This document shows, one piece after another, positions 47,501 through 57,538 of a DNA stretch of 64,000 bases. The first letter of the stretch is position 1, and every line of letters starts with the position of its first letter. The notes under the pieces were generated by a model. The model saw only the letters and a program-made list of their open reading frames with translations, searched no databases and had not been told where the DNA came from. The stretch is from Candidatus Binatia bacterium (GTDB lineage Bacteria > Desulfobacterota > Binatia > Bin18). The translations under genes and the position numbers were made by a program. The stretch covers positions 4,640,001-4,704,000 of the forward strand of contig OY761159.2 in assembly GCA_963664395.2 (NCBI GenBank), read 5' to 3'.

Positions 47501-49486
47501 ATGAGCACCACCGACCTGAACTGGATTGCCAACTACATCTGGGGTATTGCCGACGACGTGCTGCGCGACCTGTACGTGCGCGGCAAGTACCGTGACGTGA
47601 TCCTGCCCATGACCGTACTGCGCCGGCTGGATGCGGTCCTGGAAGACAGCAAACGGGCTGTCCTTGACATGCAGGCCAGCCTCGACACGGCAGGCGTGGT
47701 CGAACAGGACCCGGCCCTGCGACAGGCCGCGGGACAGGCATTCTACAACACCTCGAAATTCACCCTGCGCGACCTTAGAGCCCGCGCCAGTCGCCAGCAG
47801 CTTACTGCCGACTTTGAAGCCTACCTGGACGGGTTTTCGCCCAACGTGCAGGACATCCTCGACAACTTCGAGTTCCGTAACCAGATTCCGCGCCTGTCCA
47901 AAGCCGACGCCCTGGGCACACTGGTCGAGAAGCTCACCTCGCCCGACATCAACCTGAGCCCGGCCCCGGTCCTGAACACCGACGGCTCGGTCAGACACCC
48001 CGGCCTCGACAACCACGGCATGGGCTCGATCTTCGAAGAGCTGGTACGGCGCTTCAACGAGGAGAACAACGAGGAGGCCGGCGAACACTGGACCCCACGC
48101 GACGCCGTAACCCTCATGGCCAGGCTCGTCTTCTTGCCCGTCGCCGACGAGATCAAATCCGGCACCTATCTGCTCTACGACGGCGCCTGCGGTACCGGCG
48201 GCATGCTGACCGTAGCCGAGGACACTTTGCAGCAGCTCGCCGCCGAGTACGACAAGGACGTGTCCACCCATCTCTATGGCCAGGAGATCAATGCCGAGAC
48301 CTACGCCATCTGTAAGGCCGACCTGCTGCTCAAGGGTGAGGGGGAAGCCGCCGACAATATTGTGGGCGGCCCGGAGTACTCGACCCTGGCCAACGACGCT
48401 TTCCCGGCCCGCGAGTTCGATTTCATGCTGTCCAATCCACCCTACGGCAAGAGCTGGAAGACCGACCTGGAGCGCATGGGCGGCAAGAACGACATGCGCG
48501 ACCCACGCTTCGTGATCGAACATGCGGGCGATCCCGAGTATTCGCTGGTCACCCGTTCGAGCGACGGCCAGATGCTTTTTCTGGCCAATAAGCTCTCCAA
48601 GATGAAGCAGGATACGCCGCTCGGCAGCCGCATCGCCGAGGTCCACAACGGCAGCTCCCTGTTCACCGGCGACGCCGGGCAGGGCGAGAGCAATATCCGC
48701 CGCTGGATCATCGAGAACGACTGGCTGGAGGCCATCGTCGCCCTGCCCCTCAATATGTTCTACAACACCGGCATCGCCACTTACGTCTGGGTGCTGACCA
48801 ACCGCAAGCCCGCACACCGCCGGGGCAAGGTGCAGTTGATCGACGCCACCACCTGGTACCGGCCGCTGCGCAAGAACCTGGGCAAGAAGAACTGCGAGCT
48901 GGGCGAGGAGGATATCGCCCGCATCTGTGACACTTTTCTCGACTTCAAGCAGACCGAGCAGAGCAAAATCTTCGACAACGCCGCCTTCGGCTATTGGAAA
49001 GTCACGGTCGAGCGGCCGCTACGCATCCAAGGCGCCGACCCCAACCATGCCTACAAGGCTACTGAAATCAAAAAGCTGAAAGAAAACGGCGAGCGCAGCG
49101 AGAACGCGCCGCCGGTCATCAAGAAAATTCACAAGCGAGGTACGGAGGCCGACCCGCTGCACGGCCTGTTCGCGGCCACCATCAACGGTCGGCCCACCGT
49201 GGTGGAGTATGAGCCGGACACCGACCTGCGCGATACCGAGCAAATCCCATTGCAAGAATCGGGCGGCATCGAAGCCTTCCTGCGGCGCGAGGTCCTGCCC
49301 CACGCCGCCGACGCCTGGTATCAGCCCGACAGCGTGAAGGTCGGCTACGAGATCAGCTTCACCCGCTATTTCTACAAGCCGCAGCCCATGCGCACGCTGG
49401 TGGAAATCCGGGCGGACATCCTGGCGCTGGAACAGGAGACCGAGGGGCTGCTCGGCGAGATCATCGGAGAGAGTAGAGGTTCATGA
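47501..49486 (+). CDS. hsdM: Type I R-M methyltransferase subunit (m6A)
   Basis: IWGIADDVLR, GEHWTPR, YDGACGTGG, YGQE, NPPY, FYNTGIATY. Confidence 0.95.
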   Translation: MSTTDLNWIANYIWGIADDVLRDLYVRGKYRDVILPMTVLRRLDAVLEDSKRAVLDMQASLDTAGVVEQDPALRQAAGQAFYNTSKFTLRDLRARASRQQLTADFEAYLDGFSPNVQDILDNFEFRNQIPRLSKADALGTLVEKLTSPDINLSPAPVLNTDGSVRHPGLDNHGMGSIFEELVRRFNEENNEEAGEHWTPRDAVTLMARLVFLPVADEIKSGTYLLYDGACGTGGMLTVAEDTLQQLAAEYDKDVSTHLYGQEINAETYAICKADLLLKGEGEAADNIVGGPEYSTLANDAFPAREFDFMLSNPPYGKSWKTDLERMGGKNDMRDPRFVIEHAGDPEYSLVTRSSDGQMLFLANKLSKMKQDTPLGSRIAEVHNGSSLFTGDAGQGESNIRRWIIENDWLEAIVALPLNMFYNTGIATYVWVLTNRKPAHRRGKVQLIDATTWYRPLRKNLGKKNCELGEEDIARICDTFLDFKQTEQSKIFDNAAFGYWKVTVERPLRIQGADPNHAYKATEIKKLKENGERSENAPPVIKKIHKRGTEADPLHGLFAATINGRPTVVEYEPDTDLRDTEQIPLQESGGIEAFLRREVLPHAADAWYQPDSVKVGYEISFTRYFYKPQPMRTLVEIRADILALEQETEGLLGEIIGESRGS

Positions 49487-50929
49487 TTCACAACCTCAAA
49501 CCCTATCCTGCCTATAAGGATTCCGGCGTCGAGTGGCTGGGGGAGGTGCCGGAGCATTGGGAAGCTTACGTCATTGAAGTGGGTTTCCGACCGATCCCAG
49601 AACGGATCAAACCACCTACATCGGAGATGCTCTATTATGATGATGGAACAGTTCCGTGGTATGGACCATCGAGTTGTGGAACCACCGAGGAGCTTCGGGC
49701 AACCGATAAGGCACGATGAGCCAGTTTGCCTTTACGAAGGGCGGCAAGCGAGACTCGTTCGAGGACCAGCCCTCCTCCAGAGTCATCGGTTCTGTTGGAC
49801 GTATGGCACTCATGCCACATGACTTGATCTACGAACCAGCAGATCACAGCCTTTGAGTTTTCCGCTAATCGAGTCAATCCTTCCTTTATGCTCCGGCAGC
49901 TACGAAACGCTGAGCCTCGGCTTAGGGCGACGGCGTCAGCCACGACCATCCCAATCTTGGACTCTGATGTACTCGCTCGACTATCGTGCGCGACGCCGCC
50001 CCTCCCCGAACAAACCGCCATCGCCCGCTTCCTCGACCACGCCGACCGGCGCATCCGGCGCTACATCCGCGCCAAGCAGAAGCTGAGTGCGCTGCTGGAG
50101 GAGCAGAAGCAGGCCATCATCCACCAAGCCGTCACCGGCCAGATCGACGTCCGCACCGGCCAGCCCTACCCGGCCTACAAGCCCTCCGGCGTCGAGTGGC
50201 TGGGGGACGTGCCGGCGCATTGGGAGGTTCGGCCGCTCAAAGCGCACATTCACAGACGGCGTACGTGAACTGGCTAGGCCCAACGGAGGAGGTTCAGCTT
50301 TCAGCCACCCAAGCTTACGGTGGAGCGAAAGCGACGATTACGAAAAGAAGATTGGGAGGAAATCGTCAAGAATTGCGACATGGAGAAACGCGTCAGTATC
50401 AAGGTGGACGACTTTGTCACGCAGTTTGCGGAGTTTCCTGGGCGTGCTGGAAAGAGCGTATGGGACGAAGTGGATGCATGGTCGATCGAAGCTCAGCCTA
50501 TCGTTCTTCACCCTGCTACGAATTTGGTTCCATCCGTACGATTTAACGCCTTATCTCTTTAAGTACCTTGCTTAATTCTGAAGGCTGCGACACCTCAACT
50601 GCCTAGCTTTATTCGAGAACAGCACAACCATTCGTTATTACAGGAACTCGTGTGAGGAACGATGCGCACCCTTCCCCCTTTACCCGAACAAACCTCCATT
50701 ATCGCAGTATCTCGACAAGGCACCGCCGATATCGACACCGCCACTGCCAAGCGCAAACCGCCGCCAGATCGACCTCCTCAACGAATACCGCACCCGCCTG
50801 ATCGCCGATGTCGTCACCGGCAAGCTCGATGTACGCGAGGCGGCGGCACGGTTGCCGGATGGGGAAGCCGAACCAAAGCAGTTTGATAAGGCTAAAGCTC
50901 TGATTGACGCAGCAGATGCTGAGCGATAG
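49483..50929 (+). pseudogene. hsdS: Type I R-M specificity subunit, frameshifted in both TRDs
   Basis: YPAYKDSGVEWLGEVPEHWE; PPLPEQTAIARFLD..EQKQAIIHQAVTG..YKPSGVEWLGDVPAHWE; C-terminal LLNEYRTRLIADVVTGKLDVR; TRD regions broken across frames. Confidence 0.88.
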
Positions 50930-50977
50930 ACGATTTTGAAGATTGACCGTAGCCGGTAAGGGTGCTGTGTTATCAAT

Positions 50978-52120
50978 ATGAACAAGGTCGCGGTGAAACC
51001 GGCAGTGGTTCGCTGGGCGCGCGAGCGCTCGGGAAAGGACATGTCTGACTTGGCGAAGCGCTTCCCGAAGCTGCCGCAGTGGGAAGGCGGTGAGGCGCAG
51101 CCGACGTTTAAGCAATTGGAGCGGTTTGCAAAGGCGACGCTCACACCCTTCGGAGCCTTGTTTTTAGAGGAGCCGCCGGATGATAAATTACCGGTTGCTG
51201 ATTTTCGCACACTAAAAGGCCAGCAGCCGGCGCGGCCGAGCGCGGCGCTGATGACCACTGTGCAGCAAATGCAGCGGCGGCAAGAATGGATGCGCGAATA
51301 TCTTATCGAGGCAGGCGAAGAACCTCTTGCCTTCGTCAGGACTGTCACGTTGGCTTCGAGTCGCGTGGACGCGGCCAACAATATCCGAAGGACACTAGGT
51401 GTTGATGATGGCTGGGCGAGCACGCACTCTACATGGTCCGCCGCGCTCGTTGGGCTTCGGCGGGCGGTGGAAGAGATAGGTGTTTTGGTCGTCGTCAACG
51501 GCGTCGTGGAGAACAATACGCGACAGAAACTGGACCCGGAGGAATTTCGGGGATTTGTGCTCTGCGACGATTACGCGCCTTTAATCTTCATCAACGGAGC
51601 GGACTTCACGTCTGCTCAGATGTTTACCCTGGCGCACGAACTGGCCCACCTGTGGTTGGGGACAGGCGGTGTGTTCAACTTGGTGGACCTCCAGCCGTAC
51701 GACGACGATGTTGAAAGATTTTGTAACGAGGTTGCGGCGGAAGTGCTGATTCCGGGAGACGAGCTTGATGGCTGCTGGCCGAGCGTGGCCAAGTCGGCCG
51801 AACCGTTTCAAGCGCTGGCGAGGCGCTTCAAGGTCAGTCCCCTCGTGGCGGCCCGGCGAGTGTCGGATCGAAAGTTGATGGCGAGAGACGATTTCTACGA
51901 ATTCCTGGGTCGATACACGGCTGACGAACGGCGAAGATCTGCGCAGCAATCGAGTGGGGGGAATTTCTACAACGCGCAACGGGGACGTGTCGGCCGTCGC
52001 TTCGGTAGCGCGGTCATTCGTGCAGCGCGGGAGGGCCGGCTACTGTACCGTGACGCGTATCGCCTCACGGGTCTGCATGGCCGGAGTTTCGACCAATTTG
52101 CGCAGACACTCGGATTTTAG
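50978..52120 (+). CDS. XRE-type HTH + ImmA/IrrE-family metallopeptidase
   Basis: WARERSG..WEGGEAQPTFKQL HTH; EFRGF, IFIN, FTLAHELAHLW (HExxH), ERFCNEVAAEVL. Confidence 0.9.
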   Translation: MNKVAVKPAVVRWARERSGKDMSDLAKRFPKLPQWEGGEAQPTFKQLERFAKATLTPFGALFLEEPPDDKLPVADFRTLKGQQPARPSAALMTTVQQMQRRQEWMREYLIEAGEEPLAFVRTVTLASSRVDAANNIRRTLGVDDGWASTHSTWSAALVGLRRAVEEIGVLVVVNGVVENNTRQKLDPEEFRGFVLCDDYAPLIFINGADFTSAQMFTLAHELAHLWLGTGGVFNLVDLQPYDDDVERFCNEVAAEVLIPGDELDGCWPSVAKSAEPFQALARRFKVSPLVAARRVSDRKLMARDDFYEFLGRYTADERRRSAQQSSGGNFYNAQRGRVGRRFGSAVIRAAREGRLLYRDAYRLTGLHGRSFDQFAQTLGF

Positions 52121-52125
52121 CCGTA

Positions 52126-52647
52126 ATGAGCGAGGCAGACGAGAAATATGTGCTGGATGCCAACGTCTTTATTCAAGCGAAGCGGCGATTCTATGACTTC
52201 GATTTCTGTCCAGGCTATTGGGGTGTGCTTATATACTACAACCGGGAAGGAAGGCTCTACAGTATCGACAAAGTTCAGGAAGAACTGAAACGCGGAGGAG
52301 ATGACCTTTGGGACTGGGCAGAACAGCGATTCGGTGCCAACGCGTTTGGAGATACTTCGACGGCGGCTATTACGTCGGAGTACCGGCAAATGTTGGCATG
52401 GGTGATGGCTCAGTCCCAGTTCCAGCACACCGCTAAGGCAGAATTTCAAGCCGTCGCTGACGGCTGGCTTGCGGCCTACGCCAAGAAGACAGGGTGTGTC
52501 GTGGTCACCCTGGAGCAATTCGACCCGAACGTGCGCAAACGAGTCCCACTACCCAACGTTTGCCGCGCCTTTGATGTGGAATGTATCAGTCCTTTTGAAA
52601 TGCTACGCCGGCTTGGCGTCCAGTTGAATTGGAGCCCGCCGAGATGA
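52126..52647 (+). CDS. DUF4411-like PIN-fold protein
   Basis: YVLDANVFIQAK..Y.FDFCPGYW, V.EEL, ADGWLAAYA, VVT.E, PNVC. Confidence 0.82.
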   Translation: MSEADEKYVLDANVFIQAKRRFYDFDFCPGYWGVLIYYNREGRLYSIDKVQEELKRGGDDLWDWAEQRFGANAFGDTSTAAITSEYRQMLAWVMAQSQFQHTAKAEFQAVADGWLAAYAKKTGCVVVTLEQFDPNVRKRVPLPNVCRAFDVECISPFEMLRRLGVQLNWSPPR

Positions 52648-52699
52648 CACGTAAGAGTGAAATACTCTACCCCTTCGTAGTCACATCAGAACAACAGAT

Positions 52700-55600
52700 A
52701 TGACCACCGATACCTCCGAACGCGGCCTCGAACGCCTCATCTGCACCGCGCTGGCCGGCCATCCCTGCGAGCCGCCCGCAGCGGGTACGGTGGCCGAACC
52801 GCCCGCCGGCTACGGCGGCGTGGGCTGGAGCGGCGGCAACTTTCACGACTACGACCGCGAATACTGCGTCGATCTGGTCCAACTCTCGGCATTTCTGCGT
52901 GCGACCCAACCCAAAGCCGCGGAATCGCTGGGACTATCCTCGGACGGCCCGACGCGGCGCAAATTCCTGGCCCGGCTTCAGGGCGGGATATCCAAGCGCG
53001 GCAGCATCGACGTGCTGCGCCACGGCATCGACCACGGGCCACACCACCTGGACCTGTTCTACGGCACGCCTTCAGCCGGAAACCAGAAGGCCCAGGAGCG
53101 CTTCGAGCAGAACCGCTTCACCGTTACCCGGCAGTTGCGCTACAGCCGCGACGAAACCCAGCGGGCGCTGGACATCGGGCTGTTCATCAACGGCCTGCCG
53201 GTCTTCACCTTTGAACTCAAGAACAGCCTGACCAAGCAGACGGTGGACGATGCGGTCTGGCAGTACAAGAAGGACCGTAACCCGCGCGAGAGGCTGTTTG
53301 AGCTCGGTCGCTGCGTGGCCCACTTTGCCGTGGACGAGAGCGAGGTGCGCTTCTGCACCCATCTCACGGGCAAGTCCTCGTGGTTCCTGCCCTTCAACCG
53401 AGGCTGGAACGACGGTGCGGGCAATCCGCCCAACCCGAACGGGCTCAAGATCGACTATCTGTGGCGCGAGGTGCTGACCCGCCAGAGCCTGACCAACATC
53501 CTGGAAAACTACGCCCAGGTGGTGGGATCGAAAGACGAGAAAACGGGCCGAAAGAAAAAGACCCAGGTCTGGCCGCGTTACCACCAACTCGACGTGGTGC
53601 GCCGGCTGCTAGCCGACGCCGGGACACGCGGAGTGGGCCAGCGTTATTTAATCCAGCACTCGGCGGGCAGCGGCAAGAGCAACTCCATTGCCTGGCTGGC
53701 CCACCAACTGATCGGGCTGACAAGGGACGACGCCTCGATCTTCGATTCCATCATCGTGGTCACCGACCGGCGGATTCTCGACAAGCAGATTCGCGATACC
53801 ATCAAACAGTACGCCCAGGTCGGCGCGACACTCGGGCATGCCGAGCATTCGGGCGACCTGCGCCGGTTCATCGAGTCCGGCAAGAAAATCATCATCTCGA
53901 CCGTGCAGAAGTTTCCCTTCATCCTCGACGAGATCGGCAACGAGCAGCGCGGTCGATACTTCGCGATTATCATTGACGAGGCTCACTCCAGCCAGGGCGG
54001 CCGCACCAGCGCGGCCATGGCCCAGGCGCTCTCCCAGGCCGGTGAGGAGGGCGAGGAGGAGACCTATGAGGATCAGATCAACCGTTTGATGGAATCCCGC
54101 AAACTGCTCCCCAACGCCAGCTATTTCGCCTTTACGGCCACGCCCAAGAACAAGACGCTGGAAATCTTCGGCAACCCGGACCCGCAGGCCGACGGCACGG
54201 TCAAGCATCATGCCTTTCACACCTACACCATGAAGCAGGCCATCCAGGAGGGCTTTATCCTGGACGTGCTGGCGCACTACACGCCGGTGAACAGCTATTA
54301 CAAGCTGGCCAAGACGGTGGCGGACGACCCGCAGTTCGATACGAAGAAAGCCCAGAAAAAGCTGCGACTTTTTGTCGAGGGCCACGACCACGCCATCAGC
54401 CTCAAGGCCGAGATCATGGTCGATCACTTCCACGAGCAGGTGCTGGCCCAGAACAAGATCGGCGGCGCAGCGCGAGCCATGGTCGTCACCAACGGCATTA
54501 AGCGTGCAATCCAGTACTTTCACGCCATCCGCGACTACCTGAAGGAACGAAAGAGCCGCTACCAGGCCATTGTAGCGTTCTCCGGCGAGCCTGAGTTCAA
54601 CGGAGCAAAGGTCAGCGAGGCGTCGCTGAACGGCTTTCCGTCCGGCAAGATCGCCGAGAAGATACAGGAGGACCCCTACCGTTTCCTGGTCTGCGCGGAC
54701 AAGTTCCAGACCGGCTATGACGAGCCCCTGCTGCACACGATGTATGTGGACAAGACGCTCGCGAGCATCAAGGCCGTGCAGACCCTGTCGCGCCTCAATC
54801 GGGCGCATCCCAAGAAGCATGATGTCTTCGTGCTTGATTTTCTGAACAAGATCGAGATCATCCGCGAGTCCTTTGCCGACTTCTATCGCGCGACGATTCT
54901 GGCCGATGAGACCGATCCCAACAAGCTGCACGACCTACAGGCCGATCTCGACGGCGCTCAGGTCTATTCTCCCGAGCAGATCGGCGAGTTTGTGTCGCGC
55001 TATCTCAGCGGAGCCGAACGCGACCAGCTCGACCCTATACTCGACGCCTGCGTGGCCATCTATCTGCGCGATTTGGACGAGGACGGCCAGGTGGACTTCA
55101 AGGGTAAGGCCAAGGGTTTTGTACGGACCTATGGTTTCCTGTCGTCCGTCCTGCCCTATACCAACGCCGCCTGGGAGAAGCGCTCGATATTCCTGAATTT
55201 CCTGGTCTCCAAGCTGCCATCCCCCCAAGAGGAAGACCTGTCCAAGGGTATTCTCGATGCCATCGACATGGACAGCTACCGGGCCGAGAAGCAGGCAATA
55301 CAGAAAATCATGCTGCCCGATGAGGACGCCGAGGTCGAGCCGGTGCCAGCCATAGGCGGCGGTCACTTGCCCGAGCCGGAGTTGGACCGGCTGTCGAATA
55401 TCCTGAGGGCCTTCAACGATCTCTTCGGCGACATCTACTGGGACGACGCCGACCGTGTGCGGCAGCTCATTACCCAGACCATTCCTGCCAGGGTGGCTGA
55501 GGACACCGCCTTCAAGAACGCCCAGCAGAACTCGGACAAGGAGAACGCCCGCATCGAGCACGATAAGGCGCTGCTCCGGGTGATGACCTCGGTCATGAAG

Positions 55601-55705
55601 GACGACACCGAGCTGTTCAAACAGTTCATGGACAACCAGAGCTTCAAGCGCTGGCTGACCGATACGGTGTTCGGGCTTGCGTACGAGCAGGCGAGCACGG
55701 GGTGA
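52700..55705 (+). CDS. hsdR: Type I R-M restriction (endonuclease/motor) subunit
   Basis: DIGLFINGLP...ELKN, QY, QHSAGSGKS, DEAH, FTATP, TGYD.P, QTLSRLNR. Confidence 0.95.
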   Translation: MTTDTSERGLERLICTALAGHPCEPPAAGTVAEPPAGYGGVGWSGGNFHDYDREYCVDLVQLSAFLRATQPKAAESLGLSSDGPTRRKFLARLQGGISKRGSIDVLRHGIDHGPHHLDLFYGTPSAGNQKAQERFEQNRFTVTRQLRYSRDETQRALDIGLFINGLPVFTFELKNSLTKQTVDDAVWQYKKDRNPRERLFELGRCVAHFAVDESEVRFCTHLTGKSSWFLPFNRGWNDGAGNPPNPNGLKIDYLWREVLTRQSLTNILENYAQVVGSKDEKTGRKKKTQVWPRYHQLDVVRRLLADAGTRGVGQRYLIQHSAGSGKSNSIAWLAHQLIGLTRDDASIFDSIIVVTDRRILDKQIRDTIKQYAQVGATLGHAEHSGDLRRFIESGKKIIISTVQKFPFILDEIGNEQRGRYFAIIIDEAHSSQGGRTSAAMAQALSQAGEEGEEETYEDQINRLMESRKLLPNASYFAFTATPKNKTLEIFGNPDPQADGTVKHHAFHTYTMKQAIQEGFILDVLAHYTPVNSYYKLAKTVADDPQFDTKKAQKKLRLFVEGHDHAISLKAEIMVDHFHEQVLAQNKIGGAARAMVVTNGIKRAIQYFHAIRDYLKERKSRYQAIVAFSGEPEFNGAKVSEASLNGFPSGKIAEKIQEDPYRFLVCADKFQTGYDEPLLHTMYVDKTLASIKAVQTLSRLNRAHPKKHDVFVLDFLNKIEIIRESFADFYRATILADETDPNKLHDLQADLDGAQVYSPEQIGEFVSRYLSGAERDQLDPILDACVAIYLRDLDEDGQVDFKGKAKGFVRTYGFLSSVLPYTNAAWEKRSIFLNFLVSKLPSPQEEDLSKGILDAIDMDSYRAEKQAIQKIMLPDEDAEVEPVPAIGGGHLPEPELDRLSNILRAFNDLFGDIYWDDADRVRQLITQTIPARVAEDTAFKNAQQNSDKENARIEHDKALLRVMTSVMKDDTELFKQFMDNQSFKRWLTDTVFGLAYEQASTG

Positions 55706-55713
55706 GGCGCATT

Positions 55714-55964
55714 TCCCAACTCCACCGATCAGCCTGATCAGCATCAGGAACACGCAGGAAACGTGTGTAGTCAGGAAACTGTTGTTTCGATTTCGTGACT
55801 TTTTTGTCTTCCCTGCGTAAGACGAGCCACTGTCCCTTTCGCTCCAGGACCACGCCTTCCCCAGCAGCAACTTCGTCAAGCACCCGAAACCAATTTTTCC
55901 TTACTTCGGAGGCGGTCAGCCTTTTCATATGTGCAACGTACAACCCGGTGACAACGATTCCCAG
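55714..55964 (-). pseudogene. Second Phd/YefM antitoxin copy (ATG 55928), 3'-truncated next to the hsdR stop; direct repeat copy 2
   Basis: MKRLTASEVRKNWFRVLDEVAAGE...ADRWSWE, then similarity stops; no PIN toxin follows. Confidence 0.8.
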
Positions 55965-56134
55965 TAGATTGACTATCCTTCGCAGATCAACTCCAAATCG
56001 CGTAGCGCTTGTCGCACTACTGTGGATAGTCGCGCCCCCGTACGCTTCCTGCCCGGCACTGCCAGCCAGCCCTGAAGGACCGGAGCCCACTCCTCAACGG
56101 CTATGCGATGCGGGTTGGAAAGGCGCAAAATCGA

Positions 56135-56163
56135 TTGCGGTTTGTATCGTTGCGCGATACAGT
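56135..56163 (+). promoter_or_regulatory. higBA promoter with a palindromic operator
   Basis: TTGCGG-N17-TACAGT overlapped by TGTATCG-N5-CGATACA (56143-56161); the GTG start follows 7 nt later. Confidence 0.65.
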
Positions 56164-56170
56164 GGCGCGG

Positions 56171-56443
56171 GTGAAGATCAAGCACCGGGGACTACAGGTG
56201 TTGCACGAACGCGGCGACGGTTCGCGGCTTGCCGCAGACCTGATCCCCCGGCTACGGCGGGTGCTGTTGCGGCTTGAGGGCGCGACCCGGCCCGGCAATA
56301 TGGACGTACCCGGCTACTACCTGCACCCCCTGAAGGGCGACCGGCGCGGCCTGTGGAGCGTTCGGGTGTCCGGCAACTGGCGCGTGGTGTTCCGCTTCGA
56401 GGGTACGGAAGCCGTGGACGTAGACTTGATTGACTACCACTAA
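56171..56443 (+). CDS. higB: HigB (RelE/ParE superfamily) toxin
   Basis: KHRGL, PGYYLHPLKGDRRGLWSVRVSGNWRVVFRF, VDLIDYH. Confidence 0.92.
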   Translation: MKIKHRGLQVLHERGDGSRLAADLIPRLRRVLLRLEGATRPGNMDVPGYYLHPLKGDRRGLWSVRVSGNWRVVFRFEGTEAVDVDLIDYH

Positions 56444-56461
56444 GCCGAGAGAGGAGGCAGC

Positions 56462-56731
56462 ATGGCGACGATGTACGATCCTCCGCACTTGGGTGAATTG
56501 ATCCGGGAGAACGTAGAAGCGGCGGGCTGGACCGTGACCGAAACAGCAGAGCGGCTGCGCGTCAGCCGCGTGGCACTGTCGCGGGTACTGAACGGCAAGG
56601 CCGGCGTTTCGGCGGCACTGGCACTCGCGCTGGAACGGATCGGCTGGAGCGACGCAGAACACTGGATGCGGATGCAGTCCATATACGCCGTGGCGCAGGA
56701 GCGGCGAAAGCAAGAGCACGCGGCGGCCTGA
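56462..56731 (+). CDS. higA: HigA-family HTH antitoxin
   Basis: MYDPPHLGE, TVTE.A..L.VSR.ALSRVLNGKAGVS, AEHWMRMQ. Confidence 0.92.
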   Translation: MATMYDPPHLGELIRENVEAAGWTVTETAERLRVSRVALSRVLNGKAGVSAALALALERIGWSDAEHWMRMQSIYAVAQERRKQEHAAA

Positions 56732-56828
56732 CGGCCGGATGAACGCCTGCTGCGCCACGGCGGGACTCTTCAATCATCCTAGCCATTTGCCGATTTTCTG
56801 ACATGGCTGTTCGTCAATGTGGGAGGAA

Positions 56829-56851
56829 GGATGGAGGCGGCGGGAATCGAA
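56829..56851 (-). mobile_element. att site: duplicate of the tmRNA 3' end
   Basis: GGATGGAGGCGGCGGGAATCGAA, identical to 58380-58402. Confidence 0.9.
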
Positions 56852-57069
56852 TACCCGCCCTAACATAATGTTTTTAAATGACTTTTACGAAGCCTCTTCT
56901 AGTTTCCCCACTCTGATTACGGGCCTATATAGGTCTATTCACCTGCTAGACGGACGCCCGACTTTGCAGGTCAAGTGCATAGAAACCATCGAATGATAGA
57001 ATAATGTCTGTTTCCAGCTTGATGTGCAACTCTTATACCTAGCCACATTTGCCTGTAGGCGTCAAATGT

Positions 57070-57186
57070 GGCTATCCGCTCGCGTCATTAGCGCAAGCGC
57101 GGGAAAAAGCACTGGCGAACAAGCGGCTGGCACGCGACGGCGGCGATCCCCTGGCCGATAAACGCAAAGCACGGGTGCCCACCTTT
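57070..57186 (+). pseudogene. P4-like tyrosine integrase fragment (second half of the arm-binding domain)
   Basis: Manual translation GYPLASLAQAREKALANKRLARDGGDPLADKRKARVPTF. Confidence 0.75.
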
Positions 57187-57216
57187 ACTATAAAGACTTA
57201 GTGGGGAAGTAGAAAT

Positions 57217-57245
57217 GAAAAAGCCCAGCCAAGCAGCTGGGCTTT
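57217..57245 (-). terminator. Intrinsic terminator downstream of the ParE-like toxin
   Basis: On the minus strand: AAAGCCCAGC-tgcttg-GCTGGGCTTTTT. Confidence 0.7.
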
Positions 57246-57265
57246 GGTCTGGCAAAAAAGACGAA

Positions 57266-57538
57266 CTATCTGTCGTTTAATTGCCGGTTATATCGTGAGT
57301 GAGACCCGATCCAAAACCATCGTATCTCATCGCCAGAAGTCACTCCAAGGGCTCTGTAGTCCTCGGTGATACGAACAGAATAGGTTGAATCGGTATTGTG
57401 CATCCTTTTAAAGCGCAAACTTGGGTGTGCTGGATTAGTTATGAATAGTTTGTATGCCTCTTTTGCTCTTTGCCGAACATCGGCAGGTAGTTGCTCAAGC
57501 AATTTACGAAATTCTGGCGTTATTTTTGACTTCACCAC
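57266..57538 (-). CDS. RelE/ParE-like toxin
   Basis: F...LP.DV...A..AY.LF..NP.HPSLRFK, YSVRITEDYRALG, WFWIGSH..Y. Confidence 0.85.
   Translation of the reverse strand: MVKSKITPEFRKLLEQLPADVRQRAKEAYKLFITNPAHPSLRFKRMHNTDSTYSVRITEDYRALGVTSGDEIRWFWIGSHSRYNRQLNDR

Noticed and set aside
47321-48817. 498-aa antisense ORF (likewise 53648-54931)
   Set aside because: Shadow frames of high-GC hsdM and hsdR
49483-50929. Invertible (shufflon-type) hsdS locus
   Set aside because: No silent hsdS copies, inverted repeats or invertase seen; the internal repeats are the normal conserved HsdS spacers
47352-56750. 14-bp match GGATGAACGCCTGC at 47352 and 56737, near the ends of the GC-rich block
   Set aside because: Several 14-mer repeats are expected by chance in 64 kb; the position is suggestive but not sufficient
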